NCBI GenBank assembly: GCA_035251465.1
Contig: DATFEF010000028.1
Span: 715-64,714 of the forward strand
Direction of reading: 5' to 3'
From: Rhizomicrobium sp.
Lineage (GTDB): Bacteria; Pseudomonadota; Alphaproteobacteria; Micropepsales; Micropepsaceae
Length of the DNA stretch: 64,000 nucleotides
Numbering within the stretch: the stretch's first letter is position 1; each line of letters begins with the position of its first letter. Below are positions 20,756 through 31,566 of the stretch, piece by piece. Below the pieces are notes generated by a model. It was not told where the DNA came from, ran no database searches, and saw only the letters and a list, made by a program, of their open reading frames with translations. Both the position numbers and the translations under genes were made by a program.

Positions 20756-21925
20756 CTAAACCAGCAGTTCTTCGATCACGCGGTTGAGCAGCAGGCGCCC
20801 ATTCGGCGTCGCGGTCAGCCGATTATTCGCACGCGTCAGAAATCCCTGTTCGGCCAAGGTGGCGATCTTTGCCGCGTCCAAACCCCTGCCCCAGCGCTTT
20901 TCATAAGCCGCAAGATCGAGGCCTTCCGCCAGCCGCAGATTCATCAGCAGATGTTCGCGCGCCGCTTCTGCGTCCGAGACCGGCGTCCTATCGGAAAAAC
21001 CGTGACCGTTCCTCGCCACCGTATCGCGCCAGCGTTCCGGCAGCTTGATCGCGGCGGTGGCGGTACGCTGACCACCCAGATTGATCCTGCCATGCGCGCC
21101 CGGCCCCACCCCGGCATACTCGCCATAGCGCCAATAGATCAGATTGTGGCGGCTTTCCTGACCGGGACGGGCGTGATTGGAAATCTCATAGGCCGGCAGG
21201 TCCGCCGCTTCGGTCATCTCTTGCGTGGTTTCATAAAGCCCCGCCGCCAAATCCTCGCCGGGAATCTGCAATTGTCCGTTTTTGTGCAGCAGGGCATAGG
21301 GGGTCTCCGGCTCGATAGTCAGCTGATACAGCGACAAATGATCGGTGCCGAAGGCCAAAGCCTGTTTGAGTTCTTCGCGCCAAGCCGCGTCGCTTTGATC
21401 GGGACGGGCATAGATCAAATCCAGGGAAACCCGGCTGAAAAGTCCCATCGCCATCTTCAGCGCCGCCTTGGCTTGCGCCACGTCATGCAACCTGCCGAGT
21501 TTTTTCAGGTCGGCATCGTTCAGCGCCTGCACGCCCAGCGACACGCGATTGACACCGGCGGCCTGGTAATCGGCGAAGCGCGCCGCATCGGCACTGGCAG
21601 GATTGGCTTCCAGCGTGATTTCCGGATCATTCGCCAACGGCCAGAGCGCGGCGATTTTTGCGAGGATGCGTCCAGCGGATTTCCCCGCCATCAAAGAGGG
21701 TGTGCCGCCACCGAAGAAAATGGTTTCCACGACCGGACGTACTTTATTGTTGGTCGCTCCGGCGCTCGCCGACGCTCCCTGATTTGCGGCGACCCAATCC
21801 AGCTCGGCGAGAATGCCGTCCACCCAGCCGTCTTCATCGATCGCGGCGCGGACATGGGAATTGAAATCGCAATAGGGGCACTTGGCGGCGCAGAAAGGCC
21901 AGTGGACATAGACGCCGAAGCTCAC
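20756..21925 (-). CDS. hemW: Radical SAM heme chaperone
   Basis: YVHWPFCAAKCPYCDFNSH, FFGGGTPS, YEISNHA. Confidence 0.95.
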   Translation of the reverse strand: MSFGVYVHWPFCAAKCPYCDFNSHVRAAIDEDGWVDGILAELDWVAANQGASASAGATNNKVRPVVETIFFGGGTPSLMAGKSAGRILAKIAALWPLANDPEITLEANPASADAARFADYQAAGVNRVSLGVQALNDADLKKLGRLHDVAQAKAALKMAMGLFSRVSLDLIYARPDQSDAAWREELKQALAFGTDHLSLYQLTIEPETPYALLHKNGQLQIPGEDLAAGLYETTQEMTEAADLPAYEISNHARPGQESRHNLIYWRYGEYAGVGPGAHGRINLGGQRTATAAIKLPERWRDTVARNGHGFSDRTPVSDAEAAREHLLMNLRLAEGLDLAAYEKRWGRGLDAAKIATLAEQGFLTRANNRLTATPNGRLLLNRVIEELLV

Positions 21926-21940
21926 AGCGTTGCCCCATAC

Positions 21941-22059
21941 TTGTCATTCCCGCACCCCGGTCCGCGCGCAGCGCGGCCGGAGTGTAAACTCCAGCGGGAA
22001 TCCAACTTTGACGGGGTAGCGTGGCAGAAGATGGATTCCCGCGTACGCGGGAATGACAA
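21941..22059. repeat. GTCATTCCCGC/GCGGGAATGAC REP-like palindrome
   Basis: ttgtcattcccgc...gcgggaatcca...tggattcccgcgtacgcgggaatgacaa. Confidence 0.85.
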
Positions 22060-22066
22060 AGAAGAA

Positions 22067-22674
22067 TTAGAAAGACTCATGGAAAATGCCGGAATGCAGC
22101 AACTTCTCGAACGCCTTGGCGCGGTGGCTCATGGCATGTTTGCGGGCCGGTTCGATCTCCGCGAAACTCTGCTCCATGCCATCGGCGATGAAAATCGGAT
22201 CATAGCCGAAGCCGTGTTCGCCGCGCGGCGGGAATGCCAGACGGCCGTGCACCTCGCCTTCAAAGGTCTGCATCTCACCAGACGGCAACGCGACGCACAA
22301 AGCGCAGACGAACTTCGCCGCGCTGCTTGTCAGACCCTTGTGGCGCAGCTCGTCATGAATGCGGGTCATCGCGATACGGAAATCCTTGGCCGGTCCGGCC
22401 CAGCGCGCCGAATAAATGCCAGGCGCGCCATCCAGGGCATCGACGCAAAGGCCCGAATCATCCGCCAGCGCCGCATGACCGCTGGCTTTGGCGCAAGCCA
22501 GCGCCTTGATTTGCGCATTGGCCGCGAACGTCGCGCCGGTCTCTTCCGGTTCCGGCAGGCCCAGCGATCCGGCGCTTATTGGATGGATACCATGCGGACC
22601 CAGCAGCGCCTTGATCTCGCGCACCTTGCCTTCATTGTGGGAGGCGACGACAAGTTGACTGCCGCGCGGCAGTC

Positions 22675-22678
<4 letters not shown>
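22067..22678 (-). CDS. rdgB: Non-canonical purine NTP pyrophosphatase
   Basis: [39 protein letters not shown]. Confidence 0.96.
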
Positions 22679-23388
<710 letters not shown>

Positions 23389-23517
23389 GGAGCCTCATAT
23401 ATCGGTCTGCTAACGTTGGGGCGTTACCTAGCGTCAGCCGCCCGCCGGAAGCAACCGGAAAGCAGAAATATCAGGAATATCAGTATCTTGGCCTTGGAAC
23501 CGCATGCCCCCTTCGTG

Positions 23518-24537
23518 ATGCCGCAAGGCTTTACCGACCGGCCCCGGGAGGTTTTCCGCCATCTGGTCGAGGCTTTTCTGGCCAGCGGCGAGCCGGTGGG
23601 CTCGCGCACTTTGTCCCAGCGCCTGCCCAATGCCCTCTCCCCGGCCTCCATCCGCAATGTGATGGCCGACCTGGAAGCCATGGGCCTGCTCTATGCCCCC
23701 CATACCAGCGCCGGACGGATTCCCACCGAAAAAGGCCTGCGTCTATTCGTGGACGGGCTGCTGGAAATCGGCCAGCTGGCGCCGGACGAACGCATCGCCA
23801 TCGAAGCGCGCATGTCGGGCAGTGGCCAGCGCATCGAGGATGTGCTGACCCAGGCGGCCCAGAGCCTTGCCGGCCTGTCGCGCTGCGCCGGGCTGATGCT
23901 GACGGCCAAACAGGACAGCGCTCTCAAGCATGTGGAGTTCGTCGCCGTGGCGCCCGGCAAGGCGTTGGTGATCATGGTCAGCGAAGACGGCCAGGTGGAG
24001 AACCGCGTGATCGACACGCCCGCCGGCCTTCCGGTTTCGGCCCTGTCGGAGGCCAGCAACTATCTGGGCGCGCGGCTGCGCGGCCGCACCATCGATGCGG
24101 CGCGGGCCGAGATTCTGGCCGAACTGGACAGTGAAAAGATAGAACTCGATGCCCTGACCGCCAAGCTGGTGGCGGCGGGACTGGCGACCCTGGCGGGGCC
24201 GGAAAAGGTGCTGATCGTGCGCGGCACCTCACACCTGCTGGACAGCCAGGCCGACCTGGATCGTATCCGCACCCTGTTCGACGATATCGAGCGCAAGGCG
24301 GACCTGATCCGGCTGCTGGAATTGGCCCAGGAAGGCGAAGGGGTCCGCATCTTCATCGGTTCGGAAAACCGGCTGTTTTCCCTGTCGGGATCCTCGATTG
24401 TGGCCGCCCCCTATGCCAATGCCCAGGGCAAGATCGTGGGCGTGATCGGGGTTCTGGGGCCGACCCGGCTGAACTATGGCCGTATCATCCCCATGGTCGA
24501 CCATACCGCCAAAGTCATTGGACGATTGCTCGCTTAA
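23518..24537 (+). CDS. hrcA: Heat-inducible transcription repressor
   Basis: EPVGSRTLS, SPASIRNVMADLE, PHTSAGRIPT, GPTRLNY. Confidence 0.96.
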   Translation: MPQGFTDRPREVFRHLVEAFLASGEPVGSRTLSQRLPNALSPASIRNVMADLEAMGLLYAPHTSAGRIPTEKGLRLFVDGLLEIGQLAPDERIAIEARMSGSGQRIEDVLTQAAQSLAGLSRCAGLMLTAKQDSALKHVEFVAVAPGKALVIMVSEDGQVENRVIDTPAGLPVSALSEASNYLGARLRGRTIDAARAEILAELDSEKIELDALTAKLVAAGLATLAGPEKVLIVRGTSHLLDSQADLDRIRTLFDDIERKADLIRLLELAQEGEGVRIFIGSENRLFSLSGSSIVAAPYANAQGKIVGVIGVLGPTRLNYGRIIPMVDHTAKVIGRLLA

Positions 24538-24585
24538 GGTTTATGCACCCGCCCCGAGAAATGCCCGTAAAACATGAGTTGATGC

Positions 24586-25152
24586 ATGATGACTGACGAA
24601 CCGACCCAGCTTCCCGATTCCGAGAATCCGCATGCCGCGGAATTCGCCGTGCTCCAGTCCCTGCAAGCGGAGGTGGAATCCCTCAAGGACCAGCGCCTGC
24701 GCGCTTTGGCCGAGGCGGAAAATATCCGCCGCCGCGCCGAGAAGGAAAAGAACGAAGCCAGCCAGTATGCGGTGACCAAATTCGCCCGCGACATGCTGGG
24801 CATTGCCGACAATTTCGCCCGCGCCCTGGCGGCGGTGCCCGCCGATGTGCGGGCCGCCGCCGACCCCCAAGTCCAAGCGGTGCTGGACGGCGTGGAGGCC
24901 ACCGACCGCCAGCTGCTGCAGACCCTGGAGCGTTATGGCGTCAAGGCGGTGGATACCAGCGACGGCAAGTTCGATCCCAATCTGCATCAGGCCATCGCGG
25001 AAGTGCCGGCGGGCGGCAAGCCGCCGGGCTCGATCGTGGATGTGGTGCAGTCCGGCTTCATGATCGGCGACAGGTTGCTGCGTCCCGCCATGGTCACGGT
25101 TGCAAAAAAAGACATGCCTGCGCAGCCTGCCAGCGTGGATACTAAGGCTTGA
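24586..25152 (+). CDS. grpE: Nucleotide exchange factor
   Basis: RALAEAENIRRR, FDPNLHQA, RLLRPAMVTV. Confidence 0.96.
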   Translation: MMTDEPTQLPDSENPHAAEFAVLQSLQAEVESLKDQRLRALAEAENIRRRAEKEKNEASQYAVTKFARDMLGIADNFARALAAVPADVRAAADPQVQAVLDGVEATDRQLLQTLERYGVKAVDTSDGKFDPNLHQAIAEVPAGGKPPGSIVDVVQSGFMIGDRLLRPAMVTVAKKDMPAQPASVDTKA

Positions 25153-25174
25153 GTCGGCCTGAAAGGGGCGTTCG

Positions 25175-25981
25175 ATGTCTGAGCTGAAGATCGTCGTCAC
25201 CGGCGCGTCCGGGCGCATGGGCCGGACCTTGATCCGCGAGATCGCGCAAGGCTCGGGCATCACGCTGTGCGGCGCGCTGGAGATGGAAGGCCATCCCAAT
25301 CTGGGGCTGGACTCCGGCACCCTGGCGGGGATGCAGCCCAATGGCATCAAGCTGACCGCCGATCCTTTGCCGTTGCTGGCGCAGGCCCATGCGGTGGTGG
25401 ATTTCACCACGCCGATGGTCTCCACCATGCTGGCGGAACTGGCGGCCCAGGCGCGCATCGTCCATGTCATCGGCACCACCGGCTTTGACGAAAAGAGCGA
25501 GGCGCGGATCGGCGCGGCCGCCCGCCATGCCGTGATCGTGAAGTCCGGCAATATGAGCATGGGCGTCAATCTGCTGGCGGCTTTGGCCGAGCGCGCCGCC
25601 AAGTCCTTGCCCGATTACGATGTCGAGGTGCTGGAAATGCATCACCGCAACAAGGTCGACGCGCCGTCGGGCACCGCCTTGCTGCTGGGCGCGGCCGCGG
25701 CCAAGGGCCGTGGCGTGCCGCTGGACAAGCATTGGGTCAAGGCGCGCGACGGCCACAATCTGGGCCAGCGCGCCGAAGGCAGCATCGGTTTCGCCACTTT
25801 GCGCGGCGGCAGCGTGGTGGGCGAGCATTCGGTGATCTTCGCCGGCACCGGCGAACGCATCACCCTGTCGCATTCGGCGGAAGACCGTTCGATCTTCGCG
25901 CATGGCGCACTGACGGCGGCCAAATGGGGTCATGGCAAGAGGCCGGGGCTGTATGCCATGACGGATGTGCTTGGTCTTTGA
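25175..25981 (+). CDS. dapB: 4-hydroxy-tetrahydrodipicolinate reductase
   Basis: [28 protein letters not shown]. Confidence 0.97.
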   Translation: MSELKIVVTGASGRMGRTLIREIAQGSGITLCGALEMEGHPNLGLDSGTLAGMQPNGIKLTADPLPLLAQAHAVVDFTTPMVSTMLAELAAQARIVHVIGTTGFDEKSEARIGAAARHAVIVKSGNMSMGVNLLAALAERAAKSLPDYDVEVLEMHHRNKVDAPSGTALLLGAAAAKGRGVPLDKHWVKARDGHNLGQRAEGSIGFATLRGGSVVGEHSVIFAGTGERITLSHSAEDRSIFAHGALTAAKWGHGKRPGLYAMTDVLGL

Positions 25982-25988
25982 AAGCTGC

Positions 25989-26057
25989 GCCCCTCATCCT
26001 TCGACAAGCTCAGGATGAGGATGAGTCCTCATGGTGAGCCTGTCGAACCATGAGGGC
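25989..26057. repeat. CTTCGACAAGCTCAG-family palindromic repeat
   Basis: ccctcatccttcgacaagctcaggatgagg...cctcatggtgagcctgtcgaaccatgaggg. Confidence 0.85.
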
Positions 26058-26065
26058 TGGCGCTG

Positions 26066-26758
26066 ATGGCCAAAGCGTTTTCCACGGCCGAAGCCGAAGA
26101 GTTTTTCGCCCGGCTGAAGAAACTCGATCCCGAACCCAAGACCGAGCTGCAATACGTCAATCCTTATACTTTGCTGGTGGCGGTGGTGATGTCGGCCCAG
26201 GCCACCGACAAGGGCGTCAACAAGGCCACCGCGCCGCTGTTCAAGGCCGTGACCACGCCGCAACAGATGGTGGCGCTGGGCGAGGAAAAACTCGCGCAAG
26301 CGATCAAAACCATCGGGCTTTATCGCGGCAAGGCCAAGAATGTCGTCGCGCTGTCCAAAATCCTGATCGAGCAGCATGACGGCCAGGTACCCAAAGACCG
26401 CGTCGCGCTGGAAGCCTTGCCGGGCGTTGGGCGCAAGACCGCCAATGTGGTGCTGAATGTCGCTTTTGGTGAGCCGACCATCGCCGTGGACACCCACATT
26501 TTTCGCGTCTCCAACCGCACCAATCTAGCGCCGGGCAAGAATGTGGTGGAGGTGGAGCTGAAACTCGAAAAGGTGGTGCCGGAACATTACAAAAGCCACG
26601 CCCATCACTGGCTGATCCTGCATGGCCGCTACACCTGCGTCGCGCGCAAGCCGCTCTGCCCGACCTGCGTGGTGCGCGATCTTTGCCGCTTCAAGGACAA
26701 GACGAAGGAAGCGGCGCTGGCAAAGGCGAAAGCGCCAATTTCTAAATCCCGTCATTGA
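26066..26758 (+). CDS. nth: Endonuclease III
   Basis: SAQATD, LPGVGRKTAN, VDTH, C-x6-C-x2-C-x5-C. Confidence 0.97.
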   Translation: MAKAFSTAEAEEFFARLKKLDPEPKTELQYVNPYTLLVAVVMSAQATDKGVNKATAPLFKAVTTPQQMVALGEEKLAQAIKTIGLYRGKAKNVVALSKILIEQHDGQVPKDRVALEALPGVGRKTANVVLNVAFGEPTIAVDTHIFRVSNRTNLAPGKNVVEVELKLEKVVPEHYKSHAHHWLILHGRYTCVARKPLCPTCVVRDLCRFKDKTKEAALAKAKAPISKSRH

Positions 26759-26797
26759 AAACACGAAGTCGATGGTCAGCCTCGCGCTGCTCAACCA

Positions 26798-26940
26798 ACC
26801 CTCCCCTTGAGGGAGGGTCGAAAAATCGAAGCGCAGCGAAGATTTTTCGGGGAGAGGTTCCGAGCTGCCGAGCCATGACCCCTCCCCGAAATTTGTTCGC
26901 TCAACGCTCACAAATTTCGACCCTCCCTCAAGGGGAGGGT
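26798..26940. repeat. CCCTCCCCTTGAGGGAGGG-family palindromic repeat
   Basis: Ends accctccccttgagggagggtcgaaa and tttcgaccctccctcaaggggagggt are long inverted repeats. Confidence 0.88.
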
Positions 26941-26945
26941 AAAAT

Positions 26946-27320
26946 CTATGAAGCTTTCGAAACCCGCAAAGCGGTAAGACACTCCATGTCCGCGGCGCTC
27001 TGGGCGCCATGCGGCAGGGTCTCGACATGGCGCACCGCCAAAGGCGATCCATAGAGGAAAAAGAAAGCGCGGCAGGCCGCCCCGTCATAACGCCACATTT
27101 CGGTGCTGCCGTCCTTGCGCACAAAAGCGGGACGCCCGAAAGCCGCCTGCAAGCTTGGGGCCGCCATGTTGAGATACAGCCCGGGCTCGCCGCGCGGCGG
27201 CGCCGGCGGGATGGATGCGATGCCCGGCGCTGCGGACGGCGCGGGTGGAGGCGGCGCGACCTTGGTGGCGCAACCGGCAACGGCCAGCGGCATCAGCAAT
27301 AGTGTCAGGCGGCGCATCAT
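26946..27320 (-). CDS. Hypothetical lipoprotein
   Basis: MMRRLTLLLMPLAVAGC lipobox, Pro-rich linker, FGRPAFVRKDG..MWRY....C..FFFLY. Confidence 0.75.
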   Translation of the reverse strand: MMRRLTLLLMPLAVAGCATKVAPPPPAPSAAPGIASIPPAPPRGEPGLYLNMAAPSLQAAFGRPAFVRKDGSTEMWRYDGAACRAFFFLYGSPLAVRHVETLPHGAQSAADMECLTALRVSKAS

Positions 27321-27434
27321 CTTTCGCCTTCTGCACCAGCGCAATGCGTACGACAAGCCGAAAAGCTTGCGCCTGGGCCGCCGCCGCGTGTAAGCGGAGC
27401 CTTCTATTTTGTGGACAAGCCTTGCGGGGGTCGC

Positions 27435-28451
27435 ATGACACATCGGCAATATGACGTAGCCAGTCTGGGAAACGCCATCGTGGACATCATCGCCCCGGTG
27501 GACGACCGCTTTCTCCTGACGCATCGCATCGCCAAGGGCACCATGACCCTGATTGACGAGTTCCGCGCCAAGGAGCTGCTCAAGGCGCTGGCCGACCATC
27601 ACCAGACCATGTCGTCCCTGCACGAAGTCGCGGGCGGCTCCGCCGCCAATACCATGGCGGGCCTGGCGTCGTTGGGCGGCAACGGGCTGTTCCTGGGCAA
27701 GGTTGCCGGCGACCGGCTGGGGGCGGTGTTCGGCGATTCCATGGCCGCCACCGGCGTGACCTTCCACAACGGCACCGGCAAGACCAACGCCTCCACCGCC
27801 TCGTCCATGATCGCGGTGACGCCGGACGGCCAGCGCAGCATGAATACCTTCCTGGGCGCCTGCCGTGAAATGATCCCCGATGACGTGGACGAAGCACAGA
27901 TCGCGCGGGCGCGCATTCTCTATATCGAGGGCTATCTGTGGGACGAGGAAAGCGCCAAAGAGGCTTCGCGCAAGGCCATGGCGGCGGTCAAAGGCGCGGG
28001 CGGCCGCATCGCCCTGACGCTGTCGGATCCCTTCTGTGTCGGGCGGTTCCGCGACGAATTCCTGCACTTGCTGGAGAGGGATGTGAACATCCTGTTCGCC
28101 AATGAGGACGAAGCCAAGGCGCTGTGCCAAGCCGAGGACTTCGCCGATGTGGTGAAGGCGGCCCAGAGATGGGGCGGCATCGCCGCGCTGACGCGCTCGG
28201 CCAAAGGCTGTGTGATTGTCGAAGGCGGCGTGGTGCATGAGATTGCCGCCGCGCCGGTTGCCCAGGTGATCGACACCACCGGCGCGGGCGATCAGTTCGC
28301 CGCCGGATTTCTCTATGGCCTCACCCATGGCAAGGGCCTGGCGGATTGCGGCCGGTTGGGCGTACTGGCGGCGGCGGAAGTGATCTCGCACTATGGCGCG
28401 CGGCCGGAAGTCTCGCTGAAGGAATTGGCTACCAAAGCGGGGCTGATTTAG
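27435..28451 (+). CDS. PfkB-family adenosine kinase
   Basis: GNAIVD, GGSAANT, LFANEDE, DTTGAGDQFAAGF. Confidence 0.92.
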   Translation: MTHRQYDVASLGNAIVDIIAPVDDRFLLTHRIAKGTMTLIDEFRAKELLKALADHHQTMSSLHEVAGGSAANTMAGLASLGGNGLFLGKVAGDRLGAVFGDSMAATGVTFHNGTGKTNASTASSMIAVTPDGQRSMNTFLGACREMIPDDVDEAQIARARILYIEGYLWDEESAKEASRKAMAAVKGAGGRIALTLSDPFCVGRFRDEFLHLLERDVNILFANEDEAKALCQAEDFADVVKAAQRWGGIAALTRSAKGCVIVEGGVVHEIAAAPVAQVIDTTGAGDQFAAGFLYGLTHGKGLADCGRLGVLAAAEVISHYGARPEVSLKELATKAGLI

Positions 28452-28482
28452 GGCCGATGTGATCAACGTTATCCGACACAAA

Positions 28483-28658
28483 ACCTGTCATCCCCGGCCG
28501 AGCGCAGCATTGCTGCGCGAGGGGAAGGGGACCCAGGCGGTGGTCAACATGCCGAGATTAAAAGAACGGTGATGGTGCTGCTAAACCATCTGGGTTGAGA
28601 CACCTGGGTCCCCTTCCTTCACACTCGCTATCGCTCGTGCTCGCCGGGGATGACAGGT
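28483..28658. repeat. GTCATCCCCGGC/GCCGGGGATGAC palindromic repeat
   Basis: acctgtcatccccggc...gaaggggacccagg...cctgggtccccttc...gccggggatgacaggt. Homologous to 56176-56307. Confidence 0.88.
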
Positions 28659-28664
28659 GAGAAT

Positions 28665-29133
28665 TTACTCCCCGATCAGATGCAGCATCACTTCGCGCCG
28701 GTGCGGCGCGTCGCGGTGCTCGAACAGATAAAGCCCCTGCCAGGGTGAGCCGGGATGAGCGAAAGGTCCAGTGGACCTTTCGCCCCGGCGAACGCCGCAG
28801 CGGCGCGCATCTCCGCGCGCCGCGAGGCCGGGACTGCCCGCAAGGAATCGGGCCTGCTGAAACACCCCGCCGCTCGCCCAAGCTCGCGGCGCTCGTCGCT
28901 CGCAATGGTCCACTGGACCATTGCGTTTGCTTCGCAAACCGCTCCTCGCCCCTCTGCACATCCGGATCGGCATTTTCCTGGATCAGCAGTGAGGCGGAGG
29001 TGTGGCGAACAAAGCAGGTGAGAAGCCCGTCGGCGATCTTCTCGCCGCGCACAAAAGCCACGGCTTCAGCGGTGCATTCATACAGGCCCGGCCCCCTGGT
29101 TGGTACCGCCAAGGTGTGAAAGGCTTGTTTCAT
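28665..29133 (-). pseudogene. yjbQ: yjbQ (UPF0047) disrupted, central part replaced by a repeat element
   Basis: The N-terminal 61 codons (HTSASLLIQENADPDVQR) and C-terminal 25 codons (WQGLYLFEHRDAPHRREVMLHLIGE*) lie in different frames. The conserved middle is absent. Confidence 0.85.
28743..28951. mobile_element. Composite MITE-like element of two inverted GGTCCAGTGGACC-core units
   Basis: Ends GGGTGAG and CTCGCCC; cores gcgaaaggtccagtggacctttcgc and cgcaatggtccactggaccattgcg. Confidence 0.75.
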
Positions 29134-29618
29134 GACTTCTTTCGCAAATAGACGTATAGCGCGCCGCCGCCGCCATGCTTGGCATGGGCGGGACGCACAG
29201 CGGCGATCAACCCCGCCAGCTCGGCTTCGGCCAGCCAGCGCGGCACCATTTGTTTCAAGACGCCATGCGGCGACATCATCCAGGGCGCGTTTTCGTCATT
29301 CTTGGGATTTCCCTTGCCGGTAATCACCAGCACCAGCCGGTGCCCGCTTTTGTGCGCCGAGGCCAGCCAGGTGCGCAGGGTGCGATGCGCCGCCTGCTGG
29401 GTCATGCCATGCAAATCGATGCGGGCGTCGGGCTCGATCAGCCCGCGCCGCAAGCGTTCCTGGGTAGCGCCGTTAATCCCGCTGGGGCCACTGCTCTTGG
29501 ATTTTTTTACCGCCGCCTTCTTGGCCGCCGCCGTTTGAATCGGCCGCCCCTCCTTGAAGGTCTGCTCGAACAGTTTGCGCTCGTCATCGCTGGTGACCCG
29601 GCTGGTACGGCGGCTCAT
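29130..29618 (-). CDS. Smr/MutS2 domain protein
   Basis: RIDLHGMTQ, VLVITGKG, HGGGGALYVYL. Confidence 0.92.
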   Translation of the reverse strand: MSRRTSRVTSDDERKLFEQTFKEGRPIQTAAAKKAAVKKSKSSGPSGINGATQERLRRGLIEPDARIDLHGMTQQAAHRTLRTWLASAHKSGHRLVLVITGKGNPKNDENAPWMMSPHGVLKQMVPRWLAEAELAGLIAAVRPAHAKHGGGGALYVYLRKKS

Positions 29619-30811
29619 GGTGGATAATCGCGCCCCGCGCCGATCTTTTCCGCCAGCCCGTTGGGCAGCAGCAAATACAGCCTGCCCGGTGCCTTCATCG
29701 CCCCGGCACGGCGTTCGGCCTCGTCCCCGAAACCGAAAAACATGTCGCCGCGCGCCGCACCCCGAATGGCGCCGCCGATATCCTGCGCCACCATCACGTC
29801 ATGCACCGGATCGGGCCCTTCGGCCGCAACATAGAAGGGCGCGCCCAGGGCATGGATGCGGCTGTCGACCGCAAGGCTGGCCAAGGGCGTGAGGTTCGTG
29901 CCCAGCGATCCGATGCTGCCCAGCGCGGGATCGCCGGTTATATTTTCTTTTAGGGGCACTTCCGCGAAGAAAATATAGCTGCGGTTGGTTTGCATCACGG
30001 CCTGCGCCCGGTCGGGATGCGCCGCCAGCCAGGCGCGGATGGATTGCAGCGATACTTCTTCGCGCGCCAGCGCGCCAGCGGCGATCAAGGTGCGGCCGAT
30101 GGCGGTATAGGCCTGGCCGTTTTCCCCCGCATAGGCGATACGCGCGGCACTTCCATCGTCAAACACCACCCGCCCGGATCCCTGAATCTGTAGAAAGAAA
30201 AAGGCGATTGCGTCATCGGTGTAAAACAGGATCGGGGCGCTGGCGATGCCATCCCTATCGATCCGGGCGCGGTCGGCATAGGGAACCAGGGCATGACCAT
30301 CGACCTTGCCGGAAACATGCTCGCCTTTCAGCTTGGTGTTGAACAGGCTAAGATCGACGCGCACCAGATCGGACGGCAGGCCATAGACCGGCGTCTGAAA
30401 GGCGCCCGCGCGGGTCCGGCTGCCACGGATCTGCGGTTCGTAATAGCCGGTGAACAGGGCTTCGCCGCCGACCGCGAAAGGCGTGAAATTCTTCTCGAAG
30501 AAATCCCGGGCTGGGCCCTTGGCGCTGTCGCACACGGCGCGCCAGTCCGCCACGGTTCCGGCATAGCCGCTACCGCTGAGGACCATGCTGTCGGGCTTGG
30601 CCATCAACACCGCGCAACTGCGCTGGAAGGAAAGTTGCGCTCTGTCTCGATCGGCGCCGCTCCATTGCGGCAGGTCCGCGAAGCTGGCTTTGGAAAGATG
30701 CAGGCCGGCCCGCGCTGGTGTCTGCGGCTGCTGCGGCGGCGTGGTGCAGCCCGTTACGGCCAGCAAAAGTAGGGCGAACCATATTCTGGTCGGAGCGGCC
30801 GTCTTACCCAG
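29615..30811 (-). CDS. mltA: Membrane-bound lytic murein transglycosylase A
   Basis: Lipobox AVTGC, FTGYYEP, FFLQIQGSG, AQDIGGAIRG. Start uncertain (CTG at 30811 proposed). Confidence 0.92.
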   Translation of the reverse strand: MGKTAAPTRIWFALLLLAVTGCTTPPQQPQTPARAGLHLSKASFADLPQWSGADRDRAQLSFQRSCAVLMAKPDSMVLSGSGYAGTVADWRAVCDSAKGPARDFFEKNFTPFAVGGEALFTGYYEPQIRGSRTRAGAFQTPVYGLPSDLVRVDLSLFNTKLKGEHVSGKVDGHALVPYADRARIDRDGIASAPILFYTDDAIAFFFLQIQGSGRVVFDDGSAARIAYAGENGQAYTAIGRTLIAAGALAREEVSLQSIRAWLAAHPDRAQAVMQTNRSYIFFAEVPLKENITGDPALGSIGSLGTNLTPLASLAVDSRIHALGAPFYVAAEGPDPVHDVMVAQDIGGAIRGAARGDMFFGFGDEAERRAGAMKAPGRLYLLLPNGLAEKIGAGRDYPP

Positions 30812-31376
30812 GCAGGTCGCCTTCCGGCAGGTCGCCCGACGTCCCCACCAGCACCCAGGTGGGATCGGCGGAATCCAGATTGCGCTCGAAGGTCCACACA
30901 TCGACAACATTGCCGGTTGCGAATTCGGCCGTGAAGGCGACGGTGATTTCCGCACGCCGTCCACGCAGCGCCGAGCCGGTGATGCGGGCGTCCCGCAGTT
31001 TCACCAAGGCGGCCGCGGGCTCGGTTCGTGCCGCAATGCCGGCATCGAAGGCGGCAAAGACGTCCGGCGACAACAGCGGGCGGAATTCCTCGCGCTTGCC
31101 TTGGATGAAGGCGGTGACGATGAGGGTATAGGCTGCGCGCGCGCCGTCCAGGAATCTCGATGTATCGAAGCTGCGGTCGGCCAATTGAATGTCCACCAAC
31201 CCGCCCGAAGCGGGCGCGCTTGGTTGCGCCGGCTGCGGCAGGGCAGCCGGCCTGGTTGCGGGCACGGGCGACGGCTCGTGCCCGGTGCGCCGTCCCAGGA
31301 CGGAGTAGAGGCGAAAACAGATGATCCCGGCCACCATGGCGGCGACCACAAGTCCCAATGTTTGAGAATCCGGCAT
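30804..31376 (-). CDS. Tim44/TimA-like domain protein
   Basis: RLYSVLGRRTGHE, FLDGARAAY, DVWTFER...PTWVL. Confidence 0.9.
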   Translation of the reverse strand: MPDSQTLGLVVAAMVAGIICFRLYSVLGRRTGHEPSPVPATRPAALPQPAQPSAPASGGLVDIQLADRSFDTSRFLDGARAAYTLIVTAFIQGKREEFRPLLSPDVFAAFDAGIAARTEPAAALVKLRDARITGSALRGRRAEITVAFTAEFATGNVVDVWTFERNLDSADPTWVLVGTSGDLPEGDLPG

Positions 31377-31566
31377 GATAAACCCTTGAAAACGGCCGCC
31401 CAGCCGTGCCCGAACCTAATCCTTATTCGGCACCGCTGAAAAGCGGCTTTTACCGTCTTTGCGGCCGGCGCGTCCCTTAGCTTGTCAGCGCCAAGCAATC
31501 CATGGTAGCGCCCAGTTCCAATTCAGTCCCGATCTAGAAACCCCGCATTCCAGCGAAAGAGCAATT

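Noticed and set aside
23389-24585. CIRCE operator near hrcA/grpE
   Set aside because: No TTAGCACTC-N9-GAGTGCTAA was found.
28558-29133. 191-aa intact YjbQ, programmed frameshift or intron
   Set aside because: Residues after 61 are translated repeat DNA. Removing the insert would still leave the conserved middle missing.
30810-30838. Short duplication ggcgacctgcc (GDLPEGDLPG) at the tim44/mltA junction
   Set aside because: Probably a trivial local duplication; it only makes the mltA start ambiguous.
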